Shown here one piece after another: positions 49,893 through 61,978 of a DNA stretch of 64,000 bases. The DNA is from Vicugna vicugna. Taxonomy: Eukaryota. Both the position numbers and the translations under genes were made by a program. The stretch spans positions 1,922,001 through 1,986,000 of the forward strand of contig MU058444.1 in the NCBI GenBank assembly GCA_013265495.1. Direction: 5' to 3'. Each line of letters opens with the position of its first letter. Position 1 is the first letter of the stretch. Under the pieces are notes generated by a model that saw only the letters and a program-made list of their open reading frames with translations, had not been told where the DNA came from and made no database searches.

Positions 49893-51085
49893 TTTTTTTA
49901 AATTGAAGCACAGTTGATTTACAATGTTGTGTTAGTTTCCGCTGTACAGCAAAGTGATTCAGAGATATACACACTTTTGCATTATAGGATATTATAAGAT
50001 ATTGAATATAGTTCCCTGTGCTCTGCAGTAGGACCTTATGTTTATTCTGTATATAGTAGTGTGTATCTGCAAATCCTAGACTCCTAATTTATCCCCCCCT
50101 CTCCTTTCCCCCGCTGGTAACTACAGTTTGGTTTCTATGTCTTTGAGTATGTTTCTGTTTTCTAAGTAAGTTTACTTGTGTCATTTTTTAAAAAAGTTCC
50201 ACATATAAGTGATATCATGTCATATTTGTCTTTTTCTGACAGTATGAGAATCTTTAAGTCCATCCATGTTGTTGCAAATGGCATTGTTTTATTCTTTTTA
50301 TGGCTGTGTGGTATTCCATTGTGTAAATATACCACAGCTTCTTTATCCAGTCATCTTTTGATGGGCATTTAGGCTGCTTCCATGTCTTGGCTGTTGTAAA
50401 TAGCGCTGCTGTGAACATTAGGGTGCATGTATATTTTCCAATTAGAGTTTTCTCTGGATATGTGCCCAGGAGGGGGATTGCTACATCATATGATAGTCTT
50501 TTTTTTAGTTTTTTAAGGAATCTCCTTACTGTTTTCCATAGTGGCTGCACCAAATTACATTCCTACCATCAGTGTATGTGGATTCCCTTTTCTCCACACA
50601 GTCTCTGGCATTTATCATTTGTGGACTTTTTAATGATGGCCGTTCTGAATGGTATGAGGTGGTATCTCATTGTAGTTTTGATTTGTTTCTCTGAAAATTA
50701 GCAATGTTGACCCTTTCATGTGCCTGTTGGCCATCTGTATGTCGTCTTTGGAGAAATGTCTATTTAGTTCTGTGTATTTTTTTTATTGGGTTGTTTTTTT
50801 TTTGTTATTAGTTATATGAGCTGTTTATATATTATGGAAATTAAGCCCTTGTCACATTGTTTGCAAATATTTCCTCCCATTCTGTAGATTGTCTTTAGGT
50901 TGTCTTTTTGTTTTGTTCATGGTTTCCTTTACTGTGCAAAAACTTGCAAGTTTAATTAGGTTCCATTTGTTTATTTTTGCTGTTATTTCTATTGCCTTGG
51001 TAGACTGCCCTAGGGGAACATTGCTATGGTTTATGTCAGAGAATGTTTTGTCCATGTTCTCTTCTAGGGGATTTATGATGTCACT
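49893..51085 (-). mobile_element. 5'-truncated L1 (~1.2 kb)
   Basis: T-run then antisense 3' UTR. ORF2 fragments ([60 protein letters not shown]). Confidence 0.88.
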
Positions 51086-51264
51086 CTTTAGTAGAGTTTT
51101 GAAGAAACATTCCTCTTCCAATCTAGGTGGTGTTGAACTAGTAATTGAATTTTTGGTGTGTCATATCTCAAACCATAGGATGATGAAAGGGACTTTGAAA
51201 TGTTTAAAATCAGTATCTTCATTACATAAAGAAGTTAGTGGATTAGAATACAGTTTTTCTGAGT

Positions 51265-51800
51265 ACTATGGTAGGCGGCTGTCAAAGATGGCTCTCGCCA
51301 ACCCTTCCTCCTGGTAGTCATGGCCTGTGCAACCCCCTGCCCTTAGGTGGGAGCTGGACCTGGTAATTTGCTTCTAAGGGAGAAGATGGCTGCAGTGGTA
51401 GGAGATCATTTTTGTGCTGAGGTGATGACACACTGTGACTGTCACGTCAGACTCCATCACCCTCTTGGCTTTCCTAGTGTGATGAAGCAAGCCACCATAT
51501 TGGAGGGGCCCATGTGGCAAGAACAGCTAGCAAGGACTGAGGCCCTTAGTCCCACAACCCATGAGGGCTGGAATCTTGACAACCAACCAACCAACCAACT
51601 AGTGAATCTGAAAGTAGACCCTGCCTCAAATGAAGTGTGATGCAGATGACTGTGGCCCCAGCTGGAACTTTGATTGCAGCCTTGCAGTAAGAGACCCTGA
51701 AGCTTGGCCTGAATTCCTGTCCACAGAAAATGTGAAATTAGTTGTTTGAAATCACCCACGTTGTAGGGCAGTTGTTGTCCAGCAATGGAAGGCAATGTAA
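51265..51800 (+). mobile_element. MaLR LTR (MLT1E/F-like)
   Basis: tatggtaggcggctgtcaaagatggc...gagctggacctggtaatttgcttctaa...gatgactgtggccccagct...ttgattgcagccttg...gagaccctga. Confidence 0.7.
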
Positions 51801-52233
51801 GTACCACCCCATTTCCAGTTTTAAAGAGTGAAATAACTACGGATCAATAATTTACAATGTTTTTGGCCTTTTTTAGCTTAAGTGCATACTTGGGGACACT
51901 AAAATGAAAGTACAGTATGACATCAAAAATTTAAAACAAAATAATAGTCACCTCAAAATTGATCAGATTTATTCTTAGTGAGTTGATGGGTGATTTAGCT
52001 TCCTTTTTGTACTTTTACGTATTTACTGCATTTTCTGCAATTAACAAGTATAGAGTTGTAATAATCAGAAATTGATAACACAGTGTATCAGTGAATGTAT
52101 AAAATACCCCACTCCCAAAGTGAAGTCAGCGTAAATAAAAGTTCTTCACCGAATTAACTACTTTTCAAACATGGTTTGGCAAAAACCAAAGGATTCTGAC
52201 ATTGGTATATTAAACTGATACTTAAAAGATACA

Positions 52234-52336
52234 GAATATGAAAACGAACCTATGTATGTATATGCATGACTGGGAAGTTGTGCTATATACCAGGAATTGA
52301 CACATTGTAACTGACTATACTTCAATTAAAAAAAAA
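52234..52336 (+). mobile_element. ~100-bp L1 3' tip with 12-bp TSD
   Basis: gaatatgaaaacgaacctatgtatg...actgactatacttcaatt plus A tail. TTAAAAGATACA at 52222-52233 and 52337-52348. Confidence 0.85.
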
Positions 52337-55300
52337 TTAAAAGATACAAATTCAGAGGTAGGTAAGAGTGAGTGAAAGAACACATGTATGAAAGTATGAA
52401 CATGACTTGGACTATATTTGAGTGACAGAATCAGGACACATGCCTAGGACCACCTTGTAAAGCCCTATAGTGAAACTGACCAAAAATGAAGCAGGAAAAC
52501 TTGAAAGTACATCATTCCTTATGTGTCTTTATTACACCTTTTTTGGTTAGGTCACATCATATGTCTCCACAGCTGAAATAAATTTTTGGAAACACTGCAC
52601 CGTCACATACTGAAGAGTTCAAACATTTATCTGCATACATTACTAGTGACCTTAAGCAAAATATAATATATTCCAAAGTCTAATTTGAGGAAGCCGTTCA
52701 GGATACCTATGTGGCAGCAGGAGGAATTGGGACCCTTTGGTAGCTAAGTGATGAAGCAACTTTACAGGGGAACTCATTACACATCTTGCAATGGTTGGAA
52801 GGAAAAGGGTGTTTAAATATTAGCTGCCTCGAATCAGACCATCTTACTCAGCAAACCAATTTTAGAAGGTCACTGCATTTTTGGAAGCAGATAATTTGAT
52901 GAGACAATGGAAAACGAATGTAGTTTTGGAAGCCAAGTCATTTCCAGCACTCCAAAGGAAGAGTCTAAAGCTATCTCGAGATGAAGTTTGAGGCTCTGGA
53001 AAATGCAGATGTGGTGTGGTTCCTCAGAGGTCATGACCACACTGTCCTCATGAAGTCACCTTCTCAGACAGGAGCACAGAGTTCCTGGGGTAATGGTGAG
53101 GTGTACTGGGATGATTACTGGTCTCAGCATGAAAATATTTATTTACTCGGTCATTTTTAGCTATGTGAGCCTGGGCAAATAACAACCTCTCTAGCTTTGT
53201 TTAAATTTTTCATAAAATTCACATACTACTTATCTACTGTTTCAATAACTGGTTAGGAACCTCATGTAAGACATATATTTGTGTGAAGAGCTTTGTAAAC
53301 CAAAACTGACTTCAAAAAATCAATCTGGGCATAGTCAAGGGTACCTAAAAAAAAAAAAAAAAGCAAAAGCTTTCCCAGGAGAAACAATTCCAAATTAATC
53401 CATGATCATTGTAACGTTTATGCTTTATATCTGAAGACATTGCTTCAAACTGAGTCTGTTCCCCTGAATTCACTGGTCAACTGTCAAGTAGGTATTTTGT
53501 GACTCACTTGTCAACCAGAACATACATCACTGACTGGTGGTTGTTGAAACAAACTTCTCGACACTAGCCATTAAAAATATAAACCATGTATGTTTTTCTA
53601 CCAAGTTGGCCATTCTTTCAGAAATGTAGTCCTGATGGTAATCCATTTTCAACTCATGCCCACGGTCAGATCTGATAGGTATTTATCAACATACCACATT
53701 CCTAAGACTTAAGCCTTCATGAAAAGCCAGATTCCTGCTCTACACACACACACATCCCTCAATCTACTTAAATCTTCGATGCACAACCAATCCCAGCTGA
53801 AAGGCAGGCTCTTCACCCTGTCCCCCTCCCTAGCAGGTGACTATGACTGATTTCTCCATGGAGACTACCATAAGCACCATGATAATTAATACAGACTCGG
53901 ACCAGCCGAGACTCATTTTTAACGAAATGCTGAGGGCTCCCAAAGTTCACATTCTTGCAACCCTGAGACAATGCCCCGAGTCTGAGTCCTTCTCGGTCAT
54001 ACACCTGCTCCTGTGTGCTCATTATTGGAGCAGAGGAAGTAGGATTCTTGATAGCATCCTTCCATCCTGTGGGAAGATGATGGCCAAGAAGAGGTAGAAG
54101 AAAAGTGCAGAACAGTGATCACCAAAACAGGATGACGTGGGAAGAAAACAAGCTGTCTGCTTATATTTTTATTTTCACTTCATCTAAGAGGAGGAGGGGG
54201 AATCAACCTCCAAGGACGTCCTGCAGACCACAGTGGTGCGCCCTGTGGTGGTACCCACAGCATCCTCTCACGGGCTGCATCCCAGGTCACAGGAGAACAG
54301 GGTGGGAAAATCAACAGCTCCCAGCTCCTCACTTGGCTCTGGGCATGTACAGTTGACTGCGCTTTGTCTACGTCATGCTCAACAAATGTATAGATTTTAT
54401 CTCTTTTTAACAATCTTTATAAAATGTAGCTTCCATGGATCCCTGCAAATAAACTACAGACTTAAGGCAGCACTTAAAATGCAAGGACCAAACAAGAAAA
54501 CGGAAGAATGACACTTCTAGAACAAGCCCTTCACCAGCCACGTTGTGAGTTAAACCAGGGAGGGTCTCATCAGCTTTGACCAGACTGGTGCCAAAAACTT
54601 GTCAAGACTGTTTGAAGTAAGTATATAACCCTTCAGCAATGTTGTTACAGACAAATCTCACTCTAAGATTATATTGAGCCTTGAGAAATTAGTGAAAAAC
54701 ATCCAATAGACACCCATTGGCAGGGTTTGCTCAGAAAACTCTTACTGATGGAAATAGGCCATCAAAGAAGTGTGGAGCCCACTGGCAGAGACGTTAGGGT
54801 CTCAGGCTGTGGGAACTAAACTTCCTGGCCCTGGGGCAAAAACAGCTCTACCTTAAGATGAATAATATTCTCAAAGAACGTTTTGTTTTGACCCGAGGAT
54901 AACTTTTGGAAACTTCTGAATCTCTTTTTATTCTCATCTCCTTTGCACCCTTTCATTTCAAATGATGAGGTACCATAAAAGCGTGGGTAAACAAGTAAAA
55001 ATTTCTTTGAACACATTTTGCTGTGCACAGGTTCCTCATTCAGCACATTGGCGGTAGAAGCAAGGAAGAAAGACCCTGTATTTTTGTTGTCCTTCATGCT
55101 AGCTAGTTAGTCAGCATTTCCGCAGACACCAGAATTATATAAAATCAACCAAAGCTGAACAATTTGGCAGAGTAGGTCAGATATTTTCAATAGTCATACG
55201 AACTGTGACTTGCATACACAACTCATCCACGACTCTGTTGACTTCCAAGTGGGTTTTGGTAGCCATCAAGTCAACCCCAAGGGACTCAAGGGAACTTAGT

Positions 55301-55574
55301 TACTAAAGGAATGAAAGATAAAGTTAGTATCCTTGCCTCCTTTGTGGGCCCCCAGAGGTAAGTTCACAGCCAGCTGGCCGCATCATCGGATACACCCTGC
55401 AGCTTGGGCACGTGTGTGTGTATGGTTGGTGACATCAGAGCACTTTTTGACCAAAACAAGCACATGCATTTCAGAGCCTTTTGTCAAAGTAGTAAGTAAC
55501 TGGACCTCATTATAATTTCCTTTGTTGCAAATATGTAAAGCAGGTTTTAAAATGATTAAAAAGCATTGTTTACT

Positions 55575-55824
55575 GTGGTTATCAGGGAAAGCAGGTGGGA
55601 AGGGCTTAATTTGGGAGTTTGAGAGATTTACAAATGTTAGTCACTATATAAAAAAATAGATAAAAAACCAGATTTCTTCTGTAGAGCACAGGGAACTATA
55701 TTCAATATCTTGTTAACAACCTTTAATGAAAAAGAATATATGTATGTATGTGCATGACTGGGACGTGATGCTGTACACCAGAGATTGACACAGTGTAACT
55801 GACTATACTTCAGTTTAAAAAAAA
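55575..55824 (+). mobile_element. L1 3' end
   Basis: tggttatcagggaaagcaggtgggaaggg...gcacagggaactatattcaatatc...gactatacttcagtttaaaaaaa. Confidence 0.8.
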
Positions 55825-56199
55825 TTGGAAAGGAAATGACCTTTCCTCAGCCTCCCTTCCTTTCCAGTCTTATAGATCAATCCCCCACGGCCAGCAGGGC
55901 ACTTCCCAAGCGCCTCCACCCTGATGTGCTGTGAAAGGAACCAGATCTGAGGTTGAGCTGGGCCCCTCTACTTTGCACTCTATTTTTTTCAAAAGAAGGT
56001 AACCCATATGTGAGAATGAGTAGTTTTAAATTTTAAGACAAAAAAGTCCATTGCAGGATTCGGCTTCCTTAATGCTGAAGAACCGTTTACTTCATTAGAC
56101 AAGGAGCCTTTAGACCCAAGTGGCTCTAATGGCTTGGGGGCCTGGGAAAGCAAACCAAAATCAAATTCTGTAAATGCCTCCAGGTGACCAAATGACAGT

Positions 56200-56778
56200 C
56201 ACAAGATATTGAATATAGTTCCCTGTGCTATACAGGATGAAATTGCTGTTTATCTATTTTATATATATTAGTATCTGCAAATATCGAACTCCCAATTTAT
56301 CCCTAACCACCCTCTTCCCCACTAGTCACCATAAGTTTGTTTTCTATGTCTGTCTGTTTCTGTTTTGTAAATAAGTTCATTTGTCTTTTTTTTTTTTTTT
56401 TTAGATTCCACATATGAGTGATATCACACGGTATTTTTCTTTCTCTTTCTGGCTTACTTCACTTAGAATGACGATCTCTAGGTCCATCCATGTTGCTGCA
56501 AATGGCATTGTTCTATTATTTTTTATGGCTGAGTAGTATTCCATTGTATAAATGCACTACAGCTTCTTTATCCAGTCATCTGTCGATGGACATTTATGTG
56601 TTTCCATGTCTTGGCTATTGTAAATAGTTCTGCTGTGAACATTGGGGTGCATGTATCTTTTTGGATTAAGATTCCTCTGGATATATGCCCAGGAGTGGGG
56701 TTGCTGGATCATGTGGTAAGTCTATTTTTAGTCTTTTGAGGAACCTCCATACTGTTTTCCATAATGGCTGCACCAAAA
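56200..56778 (-). mobile_element. L1 3' fragment
   Basis: caagatattgaatatagttccctgtgctatac...ggcttacttcacttagaatgacgatctctaggtccatccatgttgctgc... Confidence 0.85.
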
Positions 56779-57081
56779 TGCGATCCCTAGCTCTTTAATG
56801 CGGTGGGGGAGGAGGGTTCAAGCAGGCTGAGCTGAAGTCATTCCCTTCCTTCTAATTATATTTGAGGCCATTTTTATTTTTAAGAAAATTCTATCATTTG
56901 ATTTTTAAATGTACGCAGGCCAGAATAACATAACTACATTAACAAAACCAGGCACCTGTGACACATCCCCTGGTTTCACCTCATGTTTCTTTAGTGATTT
57001 ATTAACTTTTCCCCCTGAATATAAGAGGGCCAGGACCCTGTATAGACTTAAGATCACTAATAGTAGCTTGGCCCAAAATAT

Positions 57082-57225
57082 GGGGGGGGCGGATAGAGCT
57101 CAGTGGTAGAGCATGCACTTAGCATGCACGAGGTCCTGGGTTCAATCCCCAGTACTGCCTTAAAAAAAAACAAAAAAACAAAAAACTAATAAATAGACCT
57201 AATGACCTTCCCCCCAAAATAAAAT
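57082..57225 (+). mobile_element. Camelid tRNA-Ala-derived SINE just downstream of the DST poly(A) site
   Basis: gagctcagtggtagagcatgcacttagcatgcacgaggtcctgggttcaatccccagtac plus tail. Confidence 0.85.
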
Positions 57226-57339
57226 GTAGAATGACTGATTAATGTTATTTTTATGTTATATATTATATCCCTGTTTCATGTCCCCCAAACTTAGCCTGTC
57301 AGTTACTTAAAAGATACTGTACATATAACCTTTACTTAG

Positions 57340-57474
57340 AACCAACAAACAGAAAGTTCACTTTAAATAATCAGGTATTGCACATGTTCCAGTGAATATG
57401 TTTTATTAAATGCATACTAGTATCTTTCTATAGTATGTGAGTATACATAATAAATTAAAATGTATATATTTATT
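57340..57474 (-). terminator. DST: DST polyadenylation region: AATAAA at 57407-57402 (and a second at 57474-57469) with a downstream GU-rich element
   Basis: The plus strand reads tttatt at 57402-57407 and 57469-57474. The minus strand reads TCTGTTTGTTGGTT at about 57353-57340, downstream of the distal hexamer. Confidence 0.75.
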
Positions 57475-58434
57475 AAATATAGATATAATACCAGAACATG
57501 ATTATTTCAGATGAGAAATCAAAATAAACCCATTTTTAAGTCTCTTTTGGTCACTCCAAATTGATATTGCTCATAAAAAAATACACTGATTTTTCCCTGG
57601 GGCAGGGATGGGGTTGGGGGGGATTAATTCGATCGCAATGTAGTTAGGGGACATGTTTTATTTCATAGCTTTCTGCAAGCAAAATTGCTCCGATACAAAA
57701 ATGAGTTCAATGATACGGGTGCTACTGTCCACTCAAGCAAAAGAAAACCTCACATTTATATGAGTGCACTTTATCACGATATTCTTACAGGGTAACAGGT
57801 CTAATGTCCGGGACGTCTCTGGCCTCGTGTCAAGCAACGGCACAGAAACGTGGCAAAAGTCTTGGAATCGCCTGGCGTTCGCAGGTGCTTAAAGGAACTT
57901 CTGTGAGTTCTGTGTCTGTCAGGACGGTAAGAACTGTGGTGGGTGTGTTTGTCTTTTTGCCCCCCACCTCCCATCTTTCAGTTTACACTTAAGTAAGTCA
58001 TCTCGGAATATATATACATATACATGTATCCCTGTGGGTGTCTTTGGGCTTTTCAGTTTCCAGAAAAGCAAGAACGTGTCATGAGGTATCCTTAACGTCA
58101 GGCACTCGGCTGGAGTGCTGTCGGAGAGGAGGTGGACTTACCTGCAGGTGCGGTGACTGATCCTAGCATGTGCGCCACACGTTCCAGTGCAGAAATGACA
58201 GTGCGTGTCGTGAACGTGCTCCCCCCTCGCCCGGGATGCGGCTTTCTCCCCAGAACATCGGACCAAAAATTATACAGATAAAATAAAAAGACCAATACAC
58301 AAATAAGGCCATCCGCAGAATTTTAAACTCACCTCTTGGCAATATTTCACAATAATTTCTACAGCATATTGTACATCTTTCACACTTTTAAATATTAAAC
58401 GCTCAAGGAAGGGGCCGCGGTGGAAGCAACTGCA
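57385..58434 (-). other. DST: DST 3' UTR (~1.05 kb; distal end approximate)
   Basis: Follows the TAG, has no recognisable repeats, contains U-rich tracts (58270-58305), and ends just past the AATAAA at 57407-57402. It also contains one UGUAUAUA Pumilio-type element at 58018-58011. Confidence 0.8.
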
Positions 58435-58709
58435 CTATCTCTTGGAGGACTTGTCCAGTTTGCCGGCAGCTGGCTTCCTCTGGGGCGTGGGGATTCTGGA
58501 AGGCTTGCCCGTGGACGGCCGGGCGCTTGCCCGGGGTGTGGGCCTGTGTGTCGGCGGGGTGGCCTCCACGTCCGAGCACACGGACTGGATTTCCGAAATG
58601 TCAAAGTCTGATGCGTCACTGCCTCGGCGGCTGCTGGTCCGGCTGCCGGCCCGACTGCCAGCCCGGCTGCCGGCTTTGCTTCCTGGGCGGCTGGGGGTCC
58701 TCTTGGGAT
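58435..58709 (-). CDS. DST: Dystonin last coding exon: GSR repeats, [17 protein letters not shown], SxIP motif (SRIP), ending ...KLDKSSKR*
   Basis: Acceptor ctctcctcAG|AT at 58711-58710 (phase 1), TAG at 58437-58435. The C-terminus [13 protein letters not shown]...PTPQRK...KLDKSSKR is DST-type rather than MACF1-type. Confidence 0.97.
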
Positions 58710-59450
58710 CTGAGGAGAGGGCAGAAAAGGGGGTCACCCTTGAGACCGGGATCCACCTGCAGTGGACTCTGGAAGCCCGGTGCCACGCTGAATCTCAACA
58801 ATTCTGCAGGACTCACAGGAGGCACTCAGGACATCCTCATGGGTTCAAGGAGGCAGTAAGGAGCCTCTACTTAAGTAGACAAAATACACCAACAGCCAGA
58901 TTTGCAAACAGGGACGCGCGTCTGGGGCTACCCCACTTAGAACGGAACTTTGCTGGCCACACGGACGGATCGTGTAGACTGCTTTCCAGGCTGCCCCTCT
59001 GGCCTTCTGAGACCGTCTACACTCTGTCTACGGAGTGTGTACCTCCGTGTATAAGTATACTTTTACAGTTTTTTGAAAACGATTTCCAAAGCTGAGCATG
59101 TGTCACCCAGGGAAGTGTGCAGAGCCTGAGGATAAGCAATTCAAAACACAATGGGATTTCAGAGCGAGGACCTGGAACTCTGAAGAAGCTTCTTGCCTGC
59201 TTCCCTCAGAACCCTGGGGGGGACGGTTCCCCTCTCTGTGAAGAACTCTCAGAAGCACTGGGGTCCGGGCCAGTGTGGCTGGGTCTTCCAGCCACCTGAG
59301 ATAGAGCTCAGTGCAATTTCCAAGCAGACAGAAGAGGTCAGACCTTCCAGCCTGAAGGGCTGGGTCCTGCTGGAGTCTTCCTTCTGTTCTGGGGTCACTC
59401 TGTCATCACTCTTGTCATCTTTCTTTGGGACTTTCCAAAAGGGATTTCGA

Positions 59451-59594
59451 GGGGAGGGTGTGGCTCAGTGGTAGAGTGCGTACTTAGCATGCATGAGGGC
59501 CTGGGTTCAATCCCCAGTACTTTCATTAAAAATAAACAAAGCAAATAAATAAACTTAATCCCTCCTCCTCCAAAAAAAAAAACCCCCAAAAAAC
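59451..59594 (+). mobile_element. Camelid tRNA-Ala-derived SINE in the last DST intron, with TSD
   Basis: ggggagggtgtggctcagtggtagagtgcgtacttagcatgcatgagggcctgggttcaatccccagtac. CCAAAAGGGATTT at 59435-59447 and 59595-59607. Confidence 0.88.
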
Positions 59595-59775
59595 CCAAAA
59601 GGGATTTTTCGAGTCACTGATGCCAATGACTCATGCGGATGGAGGGCCGGGACTACTGATCATTTCAGAGGAACACAGTGGCCTCGATCGGCGACAGCTC
59701 CCCCAAGGAGGAAATGGGACCGGAATTTTCAGACCGCACCACATAGCCACTAAGGAAGGAAGACCCCACACTCAC

Positions 59776-59899
59776 CAGCAAACTGGGTCCGCACTCGGGC
59801 GGCTGCCGTGGTGATCAGGCCGCTGTCCTCCCCGGAGTGGAAACCCTTCCCTGATAAATATCCCGGAAGTCGAAGCTTGCTTCCTTGGATGGGTGTTCC
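59776..59899 (-). CDS. DST: Dystonin penultimate exon, [41 protein letters not shown](D)
   Basis: Acceptor caatgcAG|GGA at 59901-59900, donor GCTG|GTGAGT at 59775. Length 124 nt (41 codons + 1), in phase with both neighbouring exons. Confidence 0.96.
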
Positions 59900-61679
59900 C
59901 TGCATTGAATCAGAGAAACGGCACCTCAGGGTACTGTTCCCGGCCCATGATTCTCCACCGACAGCCCTGCACAGACGGGCGGAGGCCTCCGGCAGACACG
60001 CGGGAGGTGGAGGGGAGAAGCCTTGCAGGCAGACGAGACATGGGGTTCCCACTTGCTTTTTTCTCTCCACTAAGTGCTCGCTCTCTCCCTGAATTCAAAG
60101 GGGACCTCCTAAAGGGAATGAATTCAGGCTGAAGAGAAAACACAAAAATGGAGATCCTCCCCAGGAAAACAAAACAGACAAACTGTGAGTACATTAGTAT
60201 CTTTCAGATTGCCGGTGGATATTACACAGAGTTAAGAGCGTACAGCCAGAAAGATGGTGGTGACCGCACGGTACAGAGAGAAAAACTGTGCTGGGCTACC
60301 CTGCTGCCTGCAGCGCTTTTAGAGCTAGACAGACATGAACAAAGAAACAGGGGTGTCATCGTTTAAACAAACATAACTGCCCCGCCCCCAAAAGTGGCAT
60401 TTTATAACTTGGTAGGATGTCCCTTCGTCTCTTGAATCTGTCACCTTCCGGGGTCCTTATACACTAGATACCTAGGCAACATTTAGGGGTGAGTCTTTAA
60501 AAAATTCTTACGGGAGTTTGTAGAGAAATGTCTAAAATCCCATCCGTGAAGTTTCATTATGAGGCTAAAATCACTGTACTTTTTCTGGATCACTATTAAC
60601 ATATGGAAAATTCTCCCAAAGTTAAAAAAAATAAACAGATCCCCTGAGAAGTAAAAGGATGTCACATTCTTCGAACTCGCAGTCAGAATTTAGAGGAAAT
60701 AAATCTATACAAATTATATATGCATTTAAAAAAATAATTTCCTTATTAAATAGTTTTAAATGTTTAATAAAACATATGTAAGACCTTTCGTACACATCGG
60801 AGTTGCAATTAATAACATTAACGATGTTCATAATTTGTTTATGTATTTTACACATACATTTAAGTATGGAATTTATATAGAACTTGTATCCGTCTAAGTT
60901 TTCAAGATACTCTCACACATCTAACCACAAGTAGTCCTCACACTTACCTAGTCACTTTTTCACAAATGTGAAAAGTGAGGGCCCGTGATGGTGAGTAATT
61001 TGCCCGAGATCTGAATGCTCTGACCCAATGGGATCCTTAACTCAGAATCTCAACCATGCAGGAGGGAGTGAGGACCCTCAGTATGAAATACATCACAGGA
61101 GGGGGCAGAGTCCGTAATCCGAAAGGACCAAAATCATTCTCTTCAGCTGCCTTGATTGCCCTGATTTTTATTGTCACAATAAAATTATACTCTTGTTTTG
61201 TCTTACGAGGCTATTTGAAATGAAACCTAGTAGCCAAAATAATACACTTAGCCTTTCATTTGGGGGAGTTTCCACTTGTTAAAAATGTGAACTAACAGGG
61301 CAGTGGAGTAGATATTTGAAACAAACATGTCACCCAAGGTTCCGTCAGCCATTCTCAGTTTTGGCTACAACAGGTCCACAATAAGTGACGGACACCTCAG
61401 AGGTAACGTGATGCTAACACCGCCCACTTGAAGGGGTGGGGAGGGGGTGGGGGAGAGTTGAAGAATGGGCTTCTGCCCCCAATTCTACCAGCATCAGCAA
61501 CAGTTCCATCACCCCAGTCTGAGAGATGAGGGCCACGGCATTTTTCTCTTCTGACCTCATGACCGTGTGAGGATTCAGGATGTAAGAGTTCTGAAAAGCA
61601 TAAAAGGCTTTCTAAAGGTCCTATGTTACTTTGGTAAAGGGGCCTTGGCTTTAATATAAAACACCTCCTTGGTTTAAAA

Positions 61680-61978
61680 TGATGAACTCATCTACAAAAT
61701 AGAAATAGACCCAAAGACATAGTAAATAATCGTATGGTTACCGGGAAGGGGGTGGGAAGGGGTAAATTTGGGAGTTTGAGATTTACAAATGTTAGCCACT
61801 AGATACAAAAGTAGATTTTTTAAAAAAGTTCCTTCTGTATAGCACAGGGAACTATGTTCAAAATCTTGTAATAACCTTTAATAAAAAAATGAATACATAT
61901 GTATATGCATGACTGGGACACTGTGCTGTACACCAGAAATCGACACATTATAATTGACTATACTTAAATGAAAAAAAA
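61680..61978 (+). mobile_element. L1 3' end in a DST intron (antisense to DST)
   Basis: atgaactcatctacaaaatagaaatagaccc...gcacagggaactatgttcaaaatc...gactatacttaaatgaaaaaaaa. Confidence 0.8.

Noticed and set aside
23401..55905. CTCF-like motifs near 23401, 25494, 49600, 54236 and 55888
   Set aside because: Each has core mismatches or a missing base. They cannot be supported without a PWM scan or ChIP data.
1..57000. COL21A1 coding exons
   Set aside because: No signal peptide, vWA, TSPN or Gly-X-Y coding sequence is visible. COL21A1 is mentioned only through recalled synteny.
58442..59095. 217-aa plus-strand ORF and other ORFs overlapping DST exons
   Set aside because: These are antisense or alternative-frame shadows of GC-rich DST exons, with non-ATG starts and no recognisable domain.
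19690..59594. Five tRNA-Ala(AGC)-like sequences as tRNA genes
   Set aside because: Four continue into the SINE body and A-rich tail (several with TSDs), the fifth is truncated within the T-arm, and all carry scattered substitutions. They are SINE heads. Their shared plus orientation is plausible by chance.
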